A stretch of 64,000 nt of DNA from the NCBI RefSeq assembly GCF_009914755.1, contig NC_060932.1; one strand, given 5' to 3'. A program made the translations under genes and the position numbers. The stretch's first letter is position 1, and every line of letters begins with the position of its first letter. This DNA comes from the human T2T-CHM13v2.0 reference genome, Homo sapiens. Below, piece by piece: positions 1 to 13,600 of this stretch. The notes under the pieces are model-generated. The model made no database searches. It was not told the DNA's origin and was given only the letters and a program-made list of their open reading frames with translations.

Positions 1-3000
1 ATCTGTGAAAAGACAATTAGGAGCCCGTTGTTTCCTATGGTTAAAAACCGAATATCCCCAGAGGAAAAAAAATAAGCTATCTGTGTAACTACTTTGTGAT
101 GTGTGGATTCATCTCACAGAACTAAACTTTTCTTTTGATTGAGAAGGTTGGAAACACTTGTTTTGTAGAATCTGCAAGAAGACATTTCCGTGCCCATTGA
201 GGCCAATGGTCAAAACCCGAATATCCCCAGTTAAAAACTAGAGGGAAGCTACCTGTGAAACTGCTTTGTGATGTGTTGATTCATCTCACAGAGTTAAATC
301 TTTCTTTTCATTTGGCAAATTGGACACACTGTTTTTGTAGCATCTGCAAAGAAACATTTGAAAGCCCACTGAGGCATATGGTGAAAAACAATATCCCCAG
401 ATAAAAACTAGAAAGAAGTGGTACGTAAAAGTGCTTTGTGATGTGGTGATGTGTTGATTCTTCTGACAGAATGAAATGTTTCTTTTGATTCTGCAAGATG
501 GAAACACTATTTTTGTAGAATCTGTGAAGGGTCAATTTGGAGCCAATTGATGCCTTTGGTAAAAAAATGAATATCCCCACATAAAAACTAGCATGAAGCT
601 GTCTGTAACAGTGCTTTGTAATGTGTGGATTCATTTCACAGAGATAACCCTTTCTTTTGATTCAGTAGGTTGGAAACACTGTTATTGTACAATCTGCTAA
701 GAGACATTTGGAAGCCCATTGAGGCTTACAGTGAAAAACTGAATATCCCCAGATAAAAACAAGAAAGAAGCTATCTATGAAACTGCTTTGTGATGTGTGG
801 ATTCATTTTACAAAGATAAACTTTTCTTTTGTTGCAGCAGGTTGGAAACTCTCTTTTTGTAGAATCTGTGAAGAAACATTTGGGAGCCCATTGATGTCTA
901 TGGTGAAAACCCAAATATCCCCAGATAAAGACTGGAAAGAACCTCTCTGTGAAACTGCTCTGTGATGTGTGGATTCACCTCACAAAGTTAAACCTTTCTC
1001 TTGATTCAACAGGTTGGAACACACTTTTGGTAGAATCTGTGAAGGGAGATTTGGAGGCCCAATGAGACATATGGTGAAAAACTGAATATCCCCAAGTGAA
1101 AATTGGAAAAAAGCTATCTGTGAAACTGCTTTGTGATGTGTGGATTCGTCTCACACACTTACACCATTCTTTTGATTCCACAGGTTGGAAACACTCCTTT
1201 TGTAGAATCTGCAAAGAGACAGTTTGGAGCGAATTTATTCCTAAGGTGAAAAACCAAATATCCCCATTAAAAAAACTAGAAAAATCTATCTGTGAATGTG
1301 CTTTGGGATTTGTGAATTTATTACACAGGGATAAATTTTTTTTTGATTCAACATGTTGAAAAGAATATTTTTGTAAAATCTGTGAAGGGACATTTGAAAG
1401 CCCAATGAGGCATATGGTGACAACTTGAATATCCGCCGATAAAAACTAGAAAGAAGCTACCTGTGAAACTGCTTTGTGACGTGTGGGTTCATTTCATAGA
1501 GTTAAACCTTTCTTTTGATTCAACAAGTTGGAAACACTCTCTTTGCAGAATCTGCAAAGGGATATTTGAAAACCCTTTGAGGCCTATGGTGAAAACCAGA
1601 ATATCCCCAGATATAAACTAGAAGAAGCTATTTGTGAAACTTCTTTGTGATGGGTGAATTCATGTCACAGGGTTAAACCTCTCTATTGGTTAAGGAGGTT
1701 TGCAAAACTATTTATTTTTGCAACTATTTATTATTGAAAGCTTGTGGTGAAAATCCAAATACTCCCAGATAAAAACGAGAAAGAAGCTATCAGTGAAACT
1801 GCTTTGTGATATGTGGATTCATCTCGCAGAGTTAAACCTTTCTTTTGAATAAGCAAATTGGAAACTCTATTTTTGTGGAATATGTGAAGAGACATTTAAG
1901 AGCCCATTGAGGCCTATGTTGAAAAACAGGTTATCCCTAGATAAATACTAGAAAGAAGCTATCTGTTAAGCTGTTCTGTGATGTGGGGATTCATCTCTCA
2001 GGGTTAAACCTTTCTGATGATTCAGCAGGTTGGAAACACTTCTCTTTTAGAATCTGTAAAGAGACATTTGGGAACCCATTGATACCTATGGTAGAAAACA
2101 GATTTTCCCAAGATAAAAACTAGAAAGAAGATATCTGTGAAACTGCTTTTTGATGTGTGGATTAACCACACTAACATAAACCTTTCTTTAGATTCAGCTG
2201 GTTGGAAACACAATTTTTGTAGAAACTGTGAAGGGACATTTGGGAGCCCTTTGACACCTGTGGTGAAAAACAGAATGCCAGCAGATAAAAACTAGAAAGA
2301 AGCTATCTGTGTAACTGCTCTGTGATGTGTGAATTTATCTATCATAGTGAAACCTTTCTTTTGATTCAGAAAGTTGGAATCTCTGTTTTGGAAGAATCTG
2401 TGAAAGGACATTTTGGAACTTATGGAGGCATAATGTGAAGAACTAAATATTCCCAGATAAAAACTAGAAAGAAGCTATTTGTGAAACTCCTTTGTGATGT
2501 GTGGATTCATGTCACAGAGTTAAATCTTTCTACTCATCCAGCAGGTTGTTAACACTCTTTCTGTAGTATCTGTGAAGGGACAGTTGAGGGCCCACACAGA
2601 CCTGTGGTGAAAAAAATAATATTCCCAGATAAAAACTAGGAAAAGCTATCTGTGAAACTGTTTTGTGAAGTGTGGATTCATCTCAAAGATTTAAACCTTT
2701 CTTTTGATTCAGAAGATTGGAAACATTCTTCTTGTAGAATCTGCAAAGGGACATTTTGGAGCCCTTTGAGGCCAATGGTGAAAAAAGAATATCCCCACAT
2801 AAAAACTAGAAAAAAGACATCTGTGAAACTACTTTGTGGTTCTTGGACTCATCTCACAAAGATAACCGTTTCTTTTGATTCAGCAGATTGGAAATTTTTT
2901 TTTGCAGAATCTGCGAATGGACATTTGGAAGCCCATTGAGGCCTATGGTAAAAAACTGATTATCCCCAGATAAAAACTAAAAATAAGCTATTTAAGAAAC

Positions 3001-3386
3001 TGTTTTGTAATGTGTGGATTCAGCTTACCGAGATAAACCTTTTTTTTGGTTCAGCAGGTTGGAAACACTCTTTTGTAGAATCTGCAAAGGAATATTTGGA
3101 AGCCCTTTGAGGCCTATGATGAAAAACAGAATATCCCCAGATAAAAACTAAAGAGAAGCTATCTGTGAAACTGCTTTGTGCTGTGTAGATTCATCTGACA
3201 GAGTTAAGTCTTTCTTTTGATTCAGTGATTTACAAGCACTTTTTTTGAAGTATTTGTGAAGGTACCTTTGGGAGCCCATTAAGGCCTATGGCATTAAACC
3301 AAAAATCTTCAAATAAAAGTGAGAAAGAAGCTCTCTGTGAAACTGCTTTGTGATATGTGGATTTATCTCACAAAGTTAAACCTTTC
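1..3386 (+). repeat. Monomeric alpha satellite, ~172-bp divergent monomers (block 1)
   Basis: Tandem repeats of consensus gctatctgtgaaactgctttgtgatgtgtggattcatctcacagagttaaacctttcttttgattcagcaggttggaaacactctttttgtagaatctgtgaagggacatttgggagcccattgaggcctatggtgaaaaactgaatatccccagataaaaactagaaagaa (172 nt by my count). Neighbouring monomers are clearly diverged. Confidence 0.97.
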
Positions 3387-3387
3387 A

Positions 3388-3818
3388 TTTTTTTAAATGT
3401 GCAGTTTGAATTTTAATACATTTGTACTTATAGAAGATATAAACAATTTACAAAATGTAGAAGAGATGGAATTTACCCATCATTTAAACTAAATTTTTAA
3501 TAATTTGTTTTTTCTAATTTCTTTCTTTCATATTCCAGGTAATAAAGAACTATGCTATACGGAATTCCATTGGCATTATTATACAAAATCATAGTAGATA
3601 CACTGAAAGATAAAATTCCTACAATCAAATATGCTACTCTCTGGCTAAATTTTCTCAGTAGCATTTTGCAGAATGTTTACATCTTTCATAGAAGCAAATT
3701 TATTAAAATTTCAAATGGCACAGTGCTTTACAGGAATCACATTTATTAACACTCCTTTATTTATTAAAACTAATAAATAATTAAACTATTATATAGACCC
3801 TCCTCTGTATTACAACTA
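3388..3818 (-). other. AT-rich unique sequence, putative distal part of the transduced flank ending in ATTAAA and poly(A)
   Basis: No alphoid or L1 similarity recognised. The minus strand reads ...tgtATTAAAattcaaactgcacatttAAAAAAA, with the signal 17 nt before the A run. Confidence 0.65.
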
Positions 3819-4331
3819 CAAAGGACTATAAATCATGCTGCTTTAAAGACACATGCACACATATGTTTATTGTGGCACTATTCACAATAGCAAAGACTTG
3901 GAACCAACCCAGATGTCCAACAATGATAGACTGGATTAAGAAAATGTGGCACATATACACCATGGAATACTATGCAGCCATAAAAAATAATGAGTTCATG
4001 TCTTTTGTAGGGACATGGATGAAATTGGAAAACATCATTCTCAGTAAAGTATAGCAAGAACAAAAAAGCAAACACCGCATAGTCTCACTCATAGGTGAGA
4101 ATTGAACAGTGAGAACACATGGACACAGGAAGGGGAACATCACACTCTGGGGACTGTTGTGGGGTGGGGAGAGGGGGGAGGGATAGCATTGGGAGATATA
4201 CCTAATGCTAGATGACGAGTTAATGGGTGCAGCATACCAGCATGGCACATGTATACATATGTAACTAACCTGCACATTGTGCACATGTACCCTAAAACTT
4301 AAAGTATAATAATAATAAAAAAAGAAAAAAA
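3819..4331 (+). mobile_element. LINE-1 3' fragment (ORF2 C-terminus, 3'UTR, A-rich tail), L1PA2/L1PA3-like
   Basis: ORF 3863-4054 [41 protein letters not shown] matches the ORF2p C-terminus. G-rich 3'UTR tract at ~4160-4182; terminal gtaccctaaaacttaaagtataataataataaaaaaagaaaaaaa; GAG-type diagnostic (gatgacgagtta). It has no TSD of its own. Confidence 0.96.
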
Positions 4332-4661
4332 GATACCTATTTTCTAATTGTCACCGCTAATTACCCCAAGGGCAGCTGTTCGTTCATCTACCACCAGCTC
4401 TCCTGTGTTCTGTACTGTCCATATTTTGCCTCTGATAATGCATACCACTAAAAAGAATCAGGGTACCTGGGAGGAAAATTGATTCCAGTGTTCAAGCAGG
4501 AAAAAAAATGGATTGGTCTGGAATATCCTTTTGTTGTCTGAAATGAGCTATTGCTTAAAAAATGTCAGGAGCAGTGCTAAAGGACAGAAGAGCAAACTTA
4601 ACAAGGCTTCCATTGGCTAAGCTGCAAAGACCATCATCATAATTGTGATAATAATCATAGT
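4332..4661 (+). other. Unique sequence directly 3' of the L1 tail, putative proximal transduced flank
   Basis: Non-repetitive sequence follows the L1 A-tail and ends in ...catagtagtt, which overlaps (gtagtt) the reverse complement of 3814-3819. Confidence 0.65.
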
Positions 4662-7600
4662 AGTTAAAACCTTTCCTTCTATTCAGCAGGTTGGAAACAC
4701 TGACTTTGTAGAGTGTTGGAAGGGATATTTTGATGCCCATTTAGCCCTATGTTAAAAAAGTGAATATTTTCATATAAAACCTTGAAAGAAGATGTCTGTG
4801 AAACTGCTTTGTGATGTGTGCATTCATTTCACAGAGTAAACAGCTTCTTTTTATTCAGCATGTTGGAAACACTGTTTTTGTAGAATCAGCAAGGAGATAT
4901 TTGGGAGTCCGTTGAGGCCAATGGTGAAAAACCAAACATCTCCAGATATAAACTAGAAAGAAGCTATCTGTGAAACTGCTTTGCAATGTGTGGATTTATC
5001 TTGCAGAGTTAAACCTTTTTTTTTTTGATCCAGCAGTGTTGAAACACTCTTTTTGTGAAAACTACAAAGGAGTATTTGGGAATCCATTGAAACCCATGGT
5101 GGAAAAAATGAGTATTTCCACATAAAAAACAGAAACAAGCTTTCTGTGAAACTGCTTTCTGACATGTGGATTTATCTCACAGAGTTGAACCTTTCTTTCG
5201 ATTCAGAATGTTGTAAACACTCTTTTTGATTCAGAAGTTTGGAAACAAATGGACATTTGGGAGCTTTCTGAGGTCTATGGTTAAAAAAGGAATTTCCCAG
5301 ATAAAAGTTAGAAAGAAGCTATCTGTGAAACTTCTTTGTGATGTGTGGATTCACCTCACAGGGTTAAACGTTTCTTTTTATTCAGCTGTTTGGAAACACA
5401 CTTCTTGTAGAATCTGTGAAGGGACATTTGAGAGACAATTGAGGCCTATAGTGAAAAATCAAATATCCCCAGATAAAATATAGAAAGAAGCTATTTGTGA
5501 AACTGCTTTGTAATGTGTGGATTCATGTCACAGGGTTAAACCTTTCCATTGATTCAGCACGTTTGAAAACTTTTTTTTTTGTAAAATTCAGGAGAAGATA
5601 TTTGAAAACCCATTGAGTTCTATGGTGAAAAACCAAATATTCCCAGAAAAAACCTTGAAAGAAGCTATCTGTGAAACTACTGTGTGATGTGTGGATTCAT
5701 CTCACAGAGTTAAACCTTTCTTTTGATTCAGAAGGTTGTAAACACACTTTTCATAGAATCTGTGAAGGGAAATTTCAAAGCCATTGAGGCCTATGGTGAG
5801 AAACTGAATATCTCCACTTAAAAACTAAAAAGAAGCTATCTGTGAAACTGCTTTGTCATGTGTGGATTTATCTCACAGAGTTAAGCCATTCTTTTTATTC
5901 AGAAGGTTGGAAAAACTCTTCTTATAAAATCTGCAAAAAGACATTTGGGAATTCTTTGAGGCCTATGGTAAAAAATGGATTATCTCCAGATTAAAAAGTA
6001 GAAATAAGCTATCTGTGAAACTGCTTTGTGACGTCTGGATTCATCTCACAGTTTAAAGTTTCTTTTGGTTCAGCATGTTGGAAACAATCTTTTTTTAGAA
6101 TTTGGGAGCCTATTGAGTACTATGGTGAAAAACAGAATATCCCCAGATAAAAACTAGAAAGAAGTTATCTGTGAAACCTCTTTGTGATGTGTGGATTCAC
6201 GTCACAAATTTAAACCTTTCTATTGATTCAGCAGGTTTCAAACACTTTTTTTTAAAGAATCTTTGAAAAGACAGATGAAAGTTCATTGAGGCCTATGGTG
6301 AAAAACCGAATATCCCAGATAAAAACTTGAAAGAAACTATCAATGAAACTGCTTTGTGATGTGTGGATTCACTTCACAGAGTTAAAGTTTTGTTTGATTC
6401 AGCAGGTTGGAAACTTTTTTTTTTTTTTTAGAATCTATGAAGGCACATTTTAGAGCCCATTGATGCCTGTGGTGAAAAACCGAATATCGTCAGATAAAAA
6501 CTAGAAAGAAGTAATGTGTGAAACTGCTTTCTGAGGTGTGGATTCACAATTCACCACGTAGACTGAAACTTTTCTTTCCACTCAGCAGATTGGAAACACT
6601 TTTTTTTTTAAGAATTTAGGAGCCCATTGAGCATTGTGGTGAAAAAACCAAACATCTCCAGATAAACACTAGAAAGAAGCTATCTCTGAAATTCCTTTGT
6701 GATGTGTGGATTCATCTCACAGAGGAAAACCCTTTTTTATTTATCAGCAGGTTGGGAATATTCTTAATGCAGAATCTGCAGAAGAACATTTGTGAGACCA
6801 TTGAGACTTATGGTGAAAAATTAATATCCCCAGATAAAAACGAGAAAAAATATGTTGGTGAAACTGCTTTGTGATGTGTCAATTCACCTCACAGAGTTAA
6901 ACCTTTCTTTGGATTCAGCATGTTAGAAGCACATTTTTTAACATTTTGAAGCCCATTTTGGCCTACCATTAAAAACTGAATATCCACAGATTACAGAGTA
7001 GAAAGAAGATCTGTGTTAAACTGCTTTGGATACGTGGATTTATCTAACAGAAGTAAAGCTTTCCTTTAATTCTGCAGTTTGGAAACTCTTTTTTTGTAGA
7101 ATCTGGGAAGGGATATTTGAGAGTCCTTTGAAAACTATCGAGAAAAACTGAACATTCCCTGATAAAACTAGAAATAATCTATACGTGAAAACTGCTTTGA
7201 GATGAGTGGATTCATCTCACAGGGTTTAACCTTTCTTTTGATTCAGCAGGTTGGAAACACTTTTTTTGTTTAATCTGTGAAGAGACATTTTGGAGCCCAC
7301 TGGGAACCCAAGTGAAAAACCTAATATCCACAGATAAAAGCTAGAAAGAATCTATCTCTGAAACAGATAAAATATTTCTTCTCCCAGAGTTAAACCTTTC
7401 TTTTGATTCAGCAGGTTGGAAACTCTCTTTTTGTAGAATCTGTGAAGGGACGTTTGGGAGCCAATTGAGACCTATGGTGAAAAACTGAATATCCCATGGG
7501 AAAAACTAGAAAGTAGCTATCTATGAAGCTGCTTTGTGATGTGTGGATTTATCTTACAGAAATAAAGCTTTCTTTGGATTAAGCATGTTGGACACACTAT

Positions 7601-10600
7601 CATTGTAGAATCTGCAAAGGGACATTTGTGAGTCCATTGAGTCCTATGGTGAAAAATGGAATATCCCCAGTTAAAAAGCAGATTAAACCTTTTTTAAATT
7701 CAACAGGTTGTAAACTCTTTTTGTTGATTCTGTGAAAGGATATTTGAGAGTCCATTGAGGCCTATGGTAAAAAACTGAACATCCAAGATAAAAACTAGAA
7801 ACAAGGTATTTGTGAAACTGCTTTGTGATATTTGGATTAATCTCCCAGAGAGAAAATTTCTTTTCTTTCAACAAGTTGTTAACACTCTTTTTGTAGAATC
7901 TGCGAAAAGACATTGGGGATCCCATTGTGGTCTATTGTTAAAAATATTATTTACAGATAAAAACTAGAAAGAAGCTGTCTGTGAAACTGCTTTATGATGT
8001 GTGGATTCATCTTAAGGAGTCAAACTTTTCTTTTTATTCAGCAGGTTGGAAGCATTCTTAGTAGGATTTGGGAAGGGACATTTTGGGGCCCCTAGAGGCC
8101 TATGATGAGAAACCAAATATCTCCAGACTAAAAACTAGAAAGAGACTATCTGTGAAACTGTTCTAAGATGTGTGGATTCATTTCACAGAGTTAAAGCTGC
8201 CTTTTGATTTAGAAGGTTGAAAACACTCTTTTTGTAGAATCTGTGAAGGGACATATAGAGCCCATTATATCCTAGGGTGGAAAGTCAAATATCCCCAGAT
8301 AAAAACTAGAAAGAAGCTATCTTTGAAACTGCTTTGTGATGTGTGAATTCATCTCACAGAGTTAAACCTTTCTGTTGATTCAGCAGGTTGGAAACACTCT
8401 TTTTGTGGAATCTGCTAAATACATTTGGGAGCCCATTACAGACTATGGTGAAAAACAGTATAACCCCAGTGGAAAAACTAGAAAGAAGATATCTGTGAAA
8501 CTGCTCTGGACTGTGTGGATTAATCTAATAAAGTTAAACTTTCCTTTGATTTATCAGGTTGTAATCACTCTTTTTCGTAGAATCTGCAAAGGGACATTTG
8601 GAAGCCCACTGAGGCCTACAGAGAAAAACTGAATATGTGTACTATCTATGAAACTGCTTTGTGATGTATGGATTCATCTCACAGAGTTAAACCTTTCTTT
8701 TGATTCAGCAGGTTGGAAACACTTTTTGTATAATCATCAAAGGGACATTTGAAAGCCCATTGTGGCCTATGGTGAAAAACTGAATATCCCCAGATAAATA
8801 CTGGAAAGAAGCTACCTGTGAAACTCCTTTGTGATGTGTGCATTCAACTCAAATATTTTAATTTTTTAAAATTCAACAGGTTGGAAATGGTTGATAAGCT
8901 TTCTTTTGATGCACCAGGTTGGCAACTCTATTATTGTAAAAGCTGTGAAAGGACTTTCAAGAAACCCTTGTGACCCATGGTGAAAAGCCAAATATCCCCT
9001 GATAAAAACTAGATAGAACCTATCTGTAAAACTGCTTTGTGATGTGTGGATTTGTCTCACTACATTACACCTTACTTTTGATTTATCAGGTTGGAAATAC
9101 TCTTTTTGTAGAATCTGCAAAGAAATATTTGGGAGCCCCTTGAGGCCTGCAGAGAAAAACAGATTATCCCCAGAAAAAGCTAGAACAATGCTATCTGTGA
9201 AACTGCTTTGTGATGTGTGGATTCATCTCACAGAGTTAAACTTTTCTTTTGATTCAGCAGGTTGGAAACACTCTTTTTGTAGAATCTAAGAAGGGACATA
9301 TGAAAGCCCATTGTGGCCTATGGTGAAAAACTGAATATCCTCAGATAAAACTACAATGAAGCTACCTGTGAAACTCCTTTGTAACGTGTGCATTCATCTC
9401 AACAATTTAAAAATTTCTTTTAATTCAGCAGGTTGGAAACACTGTTTTTGTAGACTATTCAAAGAAACATTTAAGGACCCATTGTGTCCTCCTGTTACAA
9501 ACCAAAAATCCCCAGATCAAAACAAGAAGGAAGCAATCTTTGAAACTGCTTTGTCAGTTGTGGGTTCATCTACAAGAGTTAAAACTTTCTTTTGATTCAC
9601 CAGGATGGCAACTTTATTTTTGTAAAATCTGTGAAAGGACATTTAAGAACCTTTGTGGCCTATGGTGAAAAACCGAATATCCCCAGATAAAAACTAGAAA
9701 GAAGCTACCTGTGAAATTGCTTGTTGATGTGCACTTTTATCTCAAAGATTTAAACCTTTCTTTTGATTCAGCAGGATGGAAATACTTTTTTTTGTAGAAT
9801 CTGTGAAGAAACATTTGGAAGCCCCTTGCGGCCTAAAGTAAAAAACAGAATATCCCCAGATAAAAACTAGAAAGATGCTATCTGTGAAACTGCTTTTAAA
9901 TGTGTGGATTCATCTCACAGAGGTAAACTTTTCTTTTCATTCAGCAAGTTGGAACCACTCTTTCTGTAGAATATGTGAAGGGCCTTTTGGAGCACATTGA
10001 GACCTATGTTAAAAAACAGAATATCCCCAGATAAAAACTAGAAAGAAGCTATCTGTGAAATTGCTTCATGATGCATGGATTCATCTCAAAGAGGTAAGCC
10101 TTCCTTTTGATTGAGCAGCATGGAAACACAGTATTTGTAGAATCTGGGAAGGGGCATTTTGTAACCCATTTTTTCATATGGTGAAAAACCGAATATCTGC
10201 AATTAAAAAATAGAATCTATCTGTGAAACTGCTTCATGATGCATGTATTCGTCTCAGAGAGTTAAACCTTTCTTTTGATTCTGCAGATTGGAAACACTCT
10301 TTTTTGTAGCAACTGGGAAGGGATCTTTGAGAGCCCATTGACTTCTATGTTGAAAAACTGAAGAACCCCAGATAAAGATAAGAAAGAAGCTATATATGAG
10401 ACTGCTTTATGATGTGTGGATTCATCTCAGGGAGTTAAAACTTTCTTTTGATTCATTCGGTTTGAAACACTCTTGTTGTATAATTTATGAAGAAACATTT
10501 GGGAGCCCATTGATGACTATGGTGAAAAGCCAAATAACCCCAGATAAAAACTAGAAAGAAGATATCTTTGAAACTGCTTTGTTATGTGAGTACTCATCTT

Positions 10601-13600
10601 AAAGAGTTAAAACTTTCTTTTGATTCATCCAGTTGGAAATGCTCTTTTTGTAGAATTTGTGAAGAAACATTTGGGAGGCAATTGAGGCCTATGGTGATAA
10701 ATGGAATATTCCAAGATGAAAAACTATAGAAAGAACTTTCCATGATACTGGTCTGGGATGTGTGGATTCATCTCTCAGAGTCAATCCTTTCTTTTGATTC
10801 AACAGGTTGGAAACACTTTTTGTAAAATCTTGGAAGGGACTTTTGGAGTTCACTGAGGCCTATGGTGAAAAACTGAATATCCCCAGATAAAAAATAGAAA
10901 CAATGTATCTTTGAAACTGCTTTGTGATGGCTGTATTCTTCTCACAGAGTTAAACGTTTGTTTTGATCCAGCAGGTTGGAAAAACTCTTTTTGTAGAATC
11001 TACAAAGGGGAAATTGGAAGCACATTGAGGCCTATAATGAAAAATGGGCATTCCCAGATCAAAACTAGAAGGAAGCTATCTGTGAACATGCTTTGTTATG
11101 TGTGGCTTCATCTCACAAAGTTCAACTTTTATTTTGATTCAGCAGGTTGGAAACACTATTTTAGTGGAATCTCTGATGGGACATTTTGGAGCCCATTGAG
11201 GCCTATGGTGAAAAACTGAATATAGCTGGATGAAAACTCAAAAAGAGGTGTCTGTAAAATTACTTTGAGATGTGTGGATTTATCTCTCCATGTTAAACCA
11301 TTCTATTGATTCAGCAGGTTGGGAAAACACTTTCTGTAAAATCTACAAAAGGATATTTGAGACCTATAGTGGCCTATGGTGAAAAACTGAATATCCCCTG
11401 ACAGGAACTAGAAATAAATTATCTGTGAAACTGCTTTGTGATGTGTTGATTCTTTTCACTGACTTAAACCTTTTTTTGATTCAGAAGGTTGGAAACCATT
11501 TTTTGTAGAATATGCGAAGGGACATTTGGGAGCCCATTGAGGCCTATGTTGATAAACTGAACATACCCAGATAAAAACTAGAAAGAAGCTATATTTAAAC
11601 TGCTTATGAAGTGTGCATTCATCTCACAAATTAAACCTTTCTTTTGATTCAGCAGGTTGGAAACACTCTTTACGTGGAATCTGTGAAGAGACATTAGGGA
11701 GCCCATGGAGGCCTTTGGTAAAAATCTGAAAAATCCAAGATAAAAACTAGAAATAAAGCATCTGTGAAACTTCTTTGAAATGTGTGGATTCCTCTCACAG
11801 AGTTAAACCTTTCTTTTGATTCAGCTGGTTGGAATCACTCTTTTTGAAGAATCTGCAAAAGGACTTTTGGAGCCCATTGAGGAATATGGTGAAAAAGAGA
11901 ATATCCCTAGATAAAAACTAGAAAGAAGGTATCTGTGGAATCCTTTGAGATGTGTGGATTCATCTCAAGTAGCTAAACCTTTCTTTTGATTCAGCAGATT
12001 GGAAACACAGTTTTTGTAGAATCTGGGAAGGGGCATTTTGGAGTCCATTGAGTCCTGTGGTAAAAAACTGAATATCCTCAATTAAAAACTAGAAAGAATC
12101 TACCTGAGACAGTCCTTCATGATACGTGAAATCATCTCACAGAGTTAAACCATTCCCTTGATTCAGCAGGTTGGAAACACTCTTTTTGTAGAATCTGGGA
12201 AGGGACATTTGAGAGCACATTGAGTTCTATGGGGAAAAACAGAATATCCCCAGATCAAAACTTGAAAGATGCTATCTGTGTAACTGCTTTATGATGCGTG
12301 GATTCATCTCAAAGAGGGAAACCTTTATTTTGATTCAGCAGGTTGGAAACACTCTTTTTGTAGAATTTGCAAAGAAACATTTGGGAGCCCTTTGAGGACT
12401 GAGGTGAAAAACCAAATATATCCAGATAAAAAACTATAAAGAATCTAAGTGTGAAACTGCTTTGTGATGGGTAGATTTATCTCACAGGGCTAAACATTTC
12501 TTTTGATCCAGCAGGTTGGAAACTATCTTCTTGTAGAATCTGCAAAGGGATATTTTGAAGCCCATTGAGGCCTATGGTGGAAAACCGAACATCCCTAGAT
12601 AAAAACTAGAAAGAAGCTATCTCTGAATCTGCTTTATGATGTGTGCATTCATCTCACAGAATTCAACCTTTATTTTGATTCAGCATGTTGGAAACACTCT
12701 TTTTGTGGAATCTGCAAAGGGACATTTGAAAGCCCATTGAGGCCTATGATGAAAAACTGAACATCCCCAGATAAAATCTAGAAAGAAGGTATCTGTGAAA
12801 CTGCTTGATGATGTGTGAATTCAACTCACAGGGTTAAACTTTTCTTTGGATTCAGCAGGTTGGAGACACTCTTTATATGGAACATGCAAAGGACAATTGG
12901 AAGCCCATTGAGGTCTATGGTAAAAAACTGAAAAATCCGAGATAAAAACTAGAATGAAGGTATCTGGAAAGCTGCTTTGAAATGTGTGGATTCATCTCAC
13001 AGAGCTAAACATTTCTTTTGATTCAGTGGGTGGAAACCACTCTCATTGTAGAATCTGTGAAGGGACATTTGGAGTTTATTGAGGTCTAAGTTGAAAAACA
13101 GAATATCCACAGAGAAAAACTAAAAGAAAAATATCTGTGAAACTCTTTTGTGATGTGACGATTCATCCCAGAGAGTTATCCCTTTTTTTGACTCAAAAGG
13201 TTGAAACCATTCTAGTGGTTGAATTAGTGAAGGGAGACCACTGAAGCATATGGTGAAAAACTGAGTAACCCCAATTAAAAACTAGAAAGAATGATCTGTG
13301 AAACTGCTTCATGACGTTTGTACTCATCTGACAAAGCTAAAACTTTCTTTGGATTCAGCTGATTGGAAATGCTCTTTTTGTAGAATTTTGGAAGGGACAT
13401 TTGAGAGCCCATTGGATTTTATGTTGAAAAACCGAATATCCCCAGATAAAAACCAGAAAGAAGCTATCTGTGAAACTGCTGTATAAGCTGTGGATTTATC
13501 TCAGGTAGTGAAACCTTCCTTTTCATTTGGCAGCTTGGAAACACACTTTTTGAAGAATCTGAGAAGAAACATTTGGAGTCATTTGAGAAATATGGGGAAA

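Larger units (their letters stand above)
3387..4661 (-). mobile_element. Composite L1-mediated insertion: L1 3' end plus 3'-transduced unique DNA with a 5' inversion
   Basis: Non-alphoid block flanked by an imperfect TSD, agttaaacctttc (3374-3386) and agttaaaacctttc (4662-4675). There is a T7 run at 3388-3394 and a minus-strand ATTAAA at 3412-3417. The satellite resumes in register after the block. Confidence 0.8.

Noticed and set aside
3552-3749. 65-aa ORF in unique sequence (also ORF 4555-4740)
   Set aside because: Short, AT-rich and with no recognisable domain; the second ORF begins inside satellite.
3970-4284. Antisense L1 3'UTR ORFs (MHNVQVSYICIHVPCW...; also 27059-27310 and 59590-59904)
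   Set aside because: These are reverse-strand translations of the L1 3' end with no evidence of coding.
3387-4661. Processed 3'UTR with a later nested L1
   Set aside because: Disfavoured though not excluded: the L1 has no TSD, and the gtagtt overlap fits one inverted transduction better.
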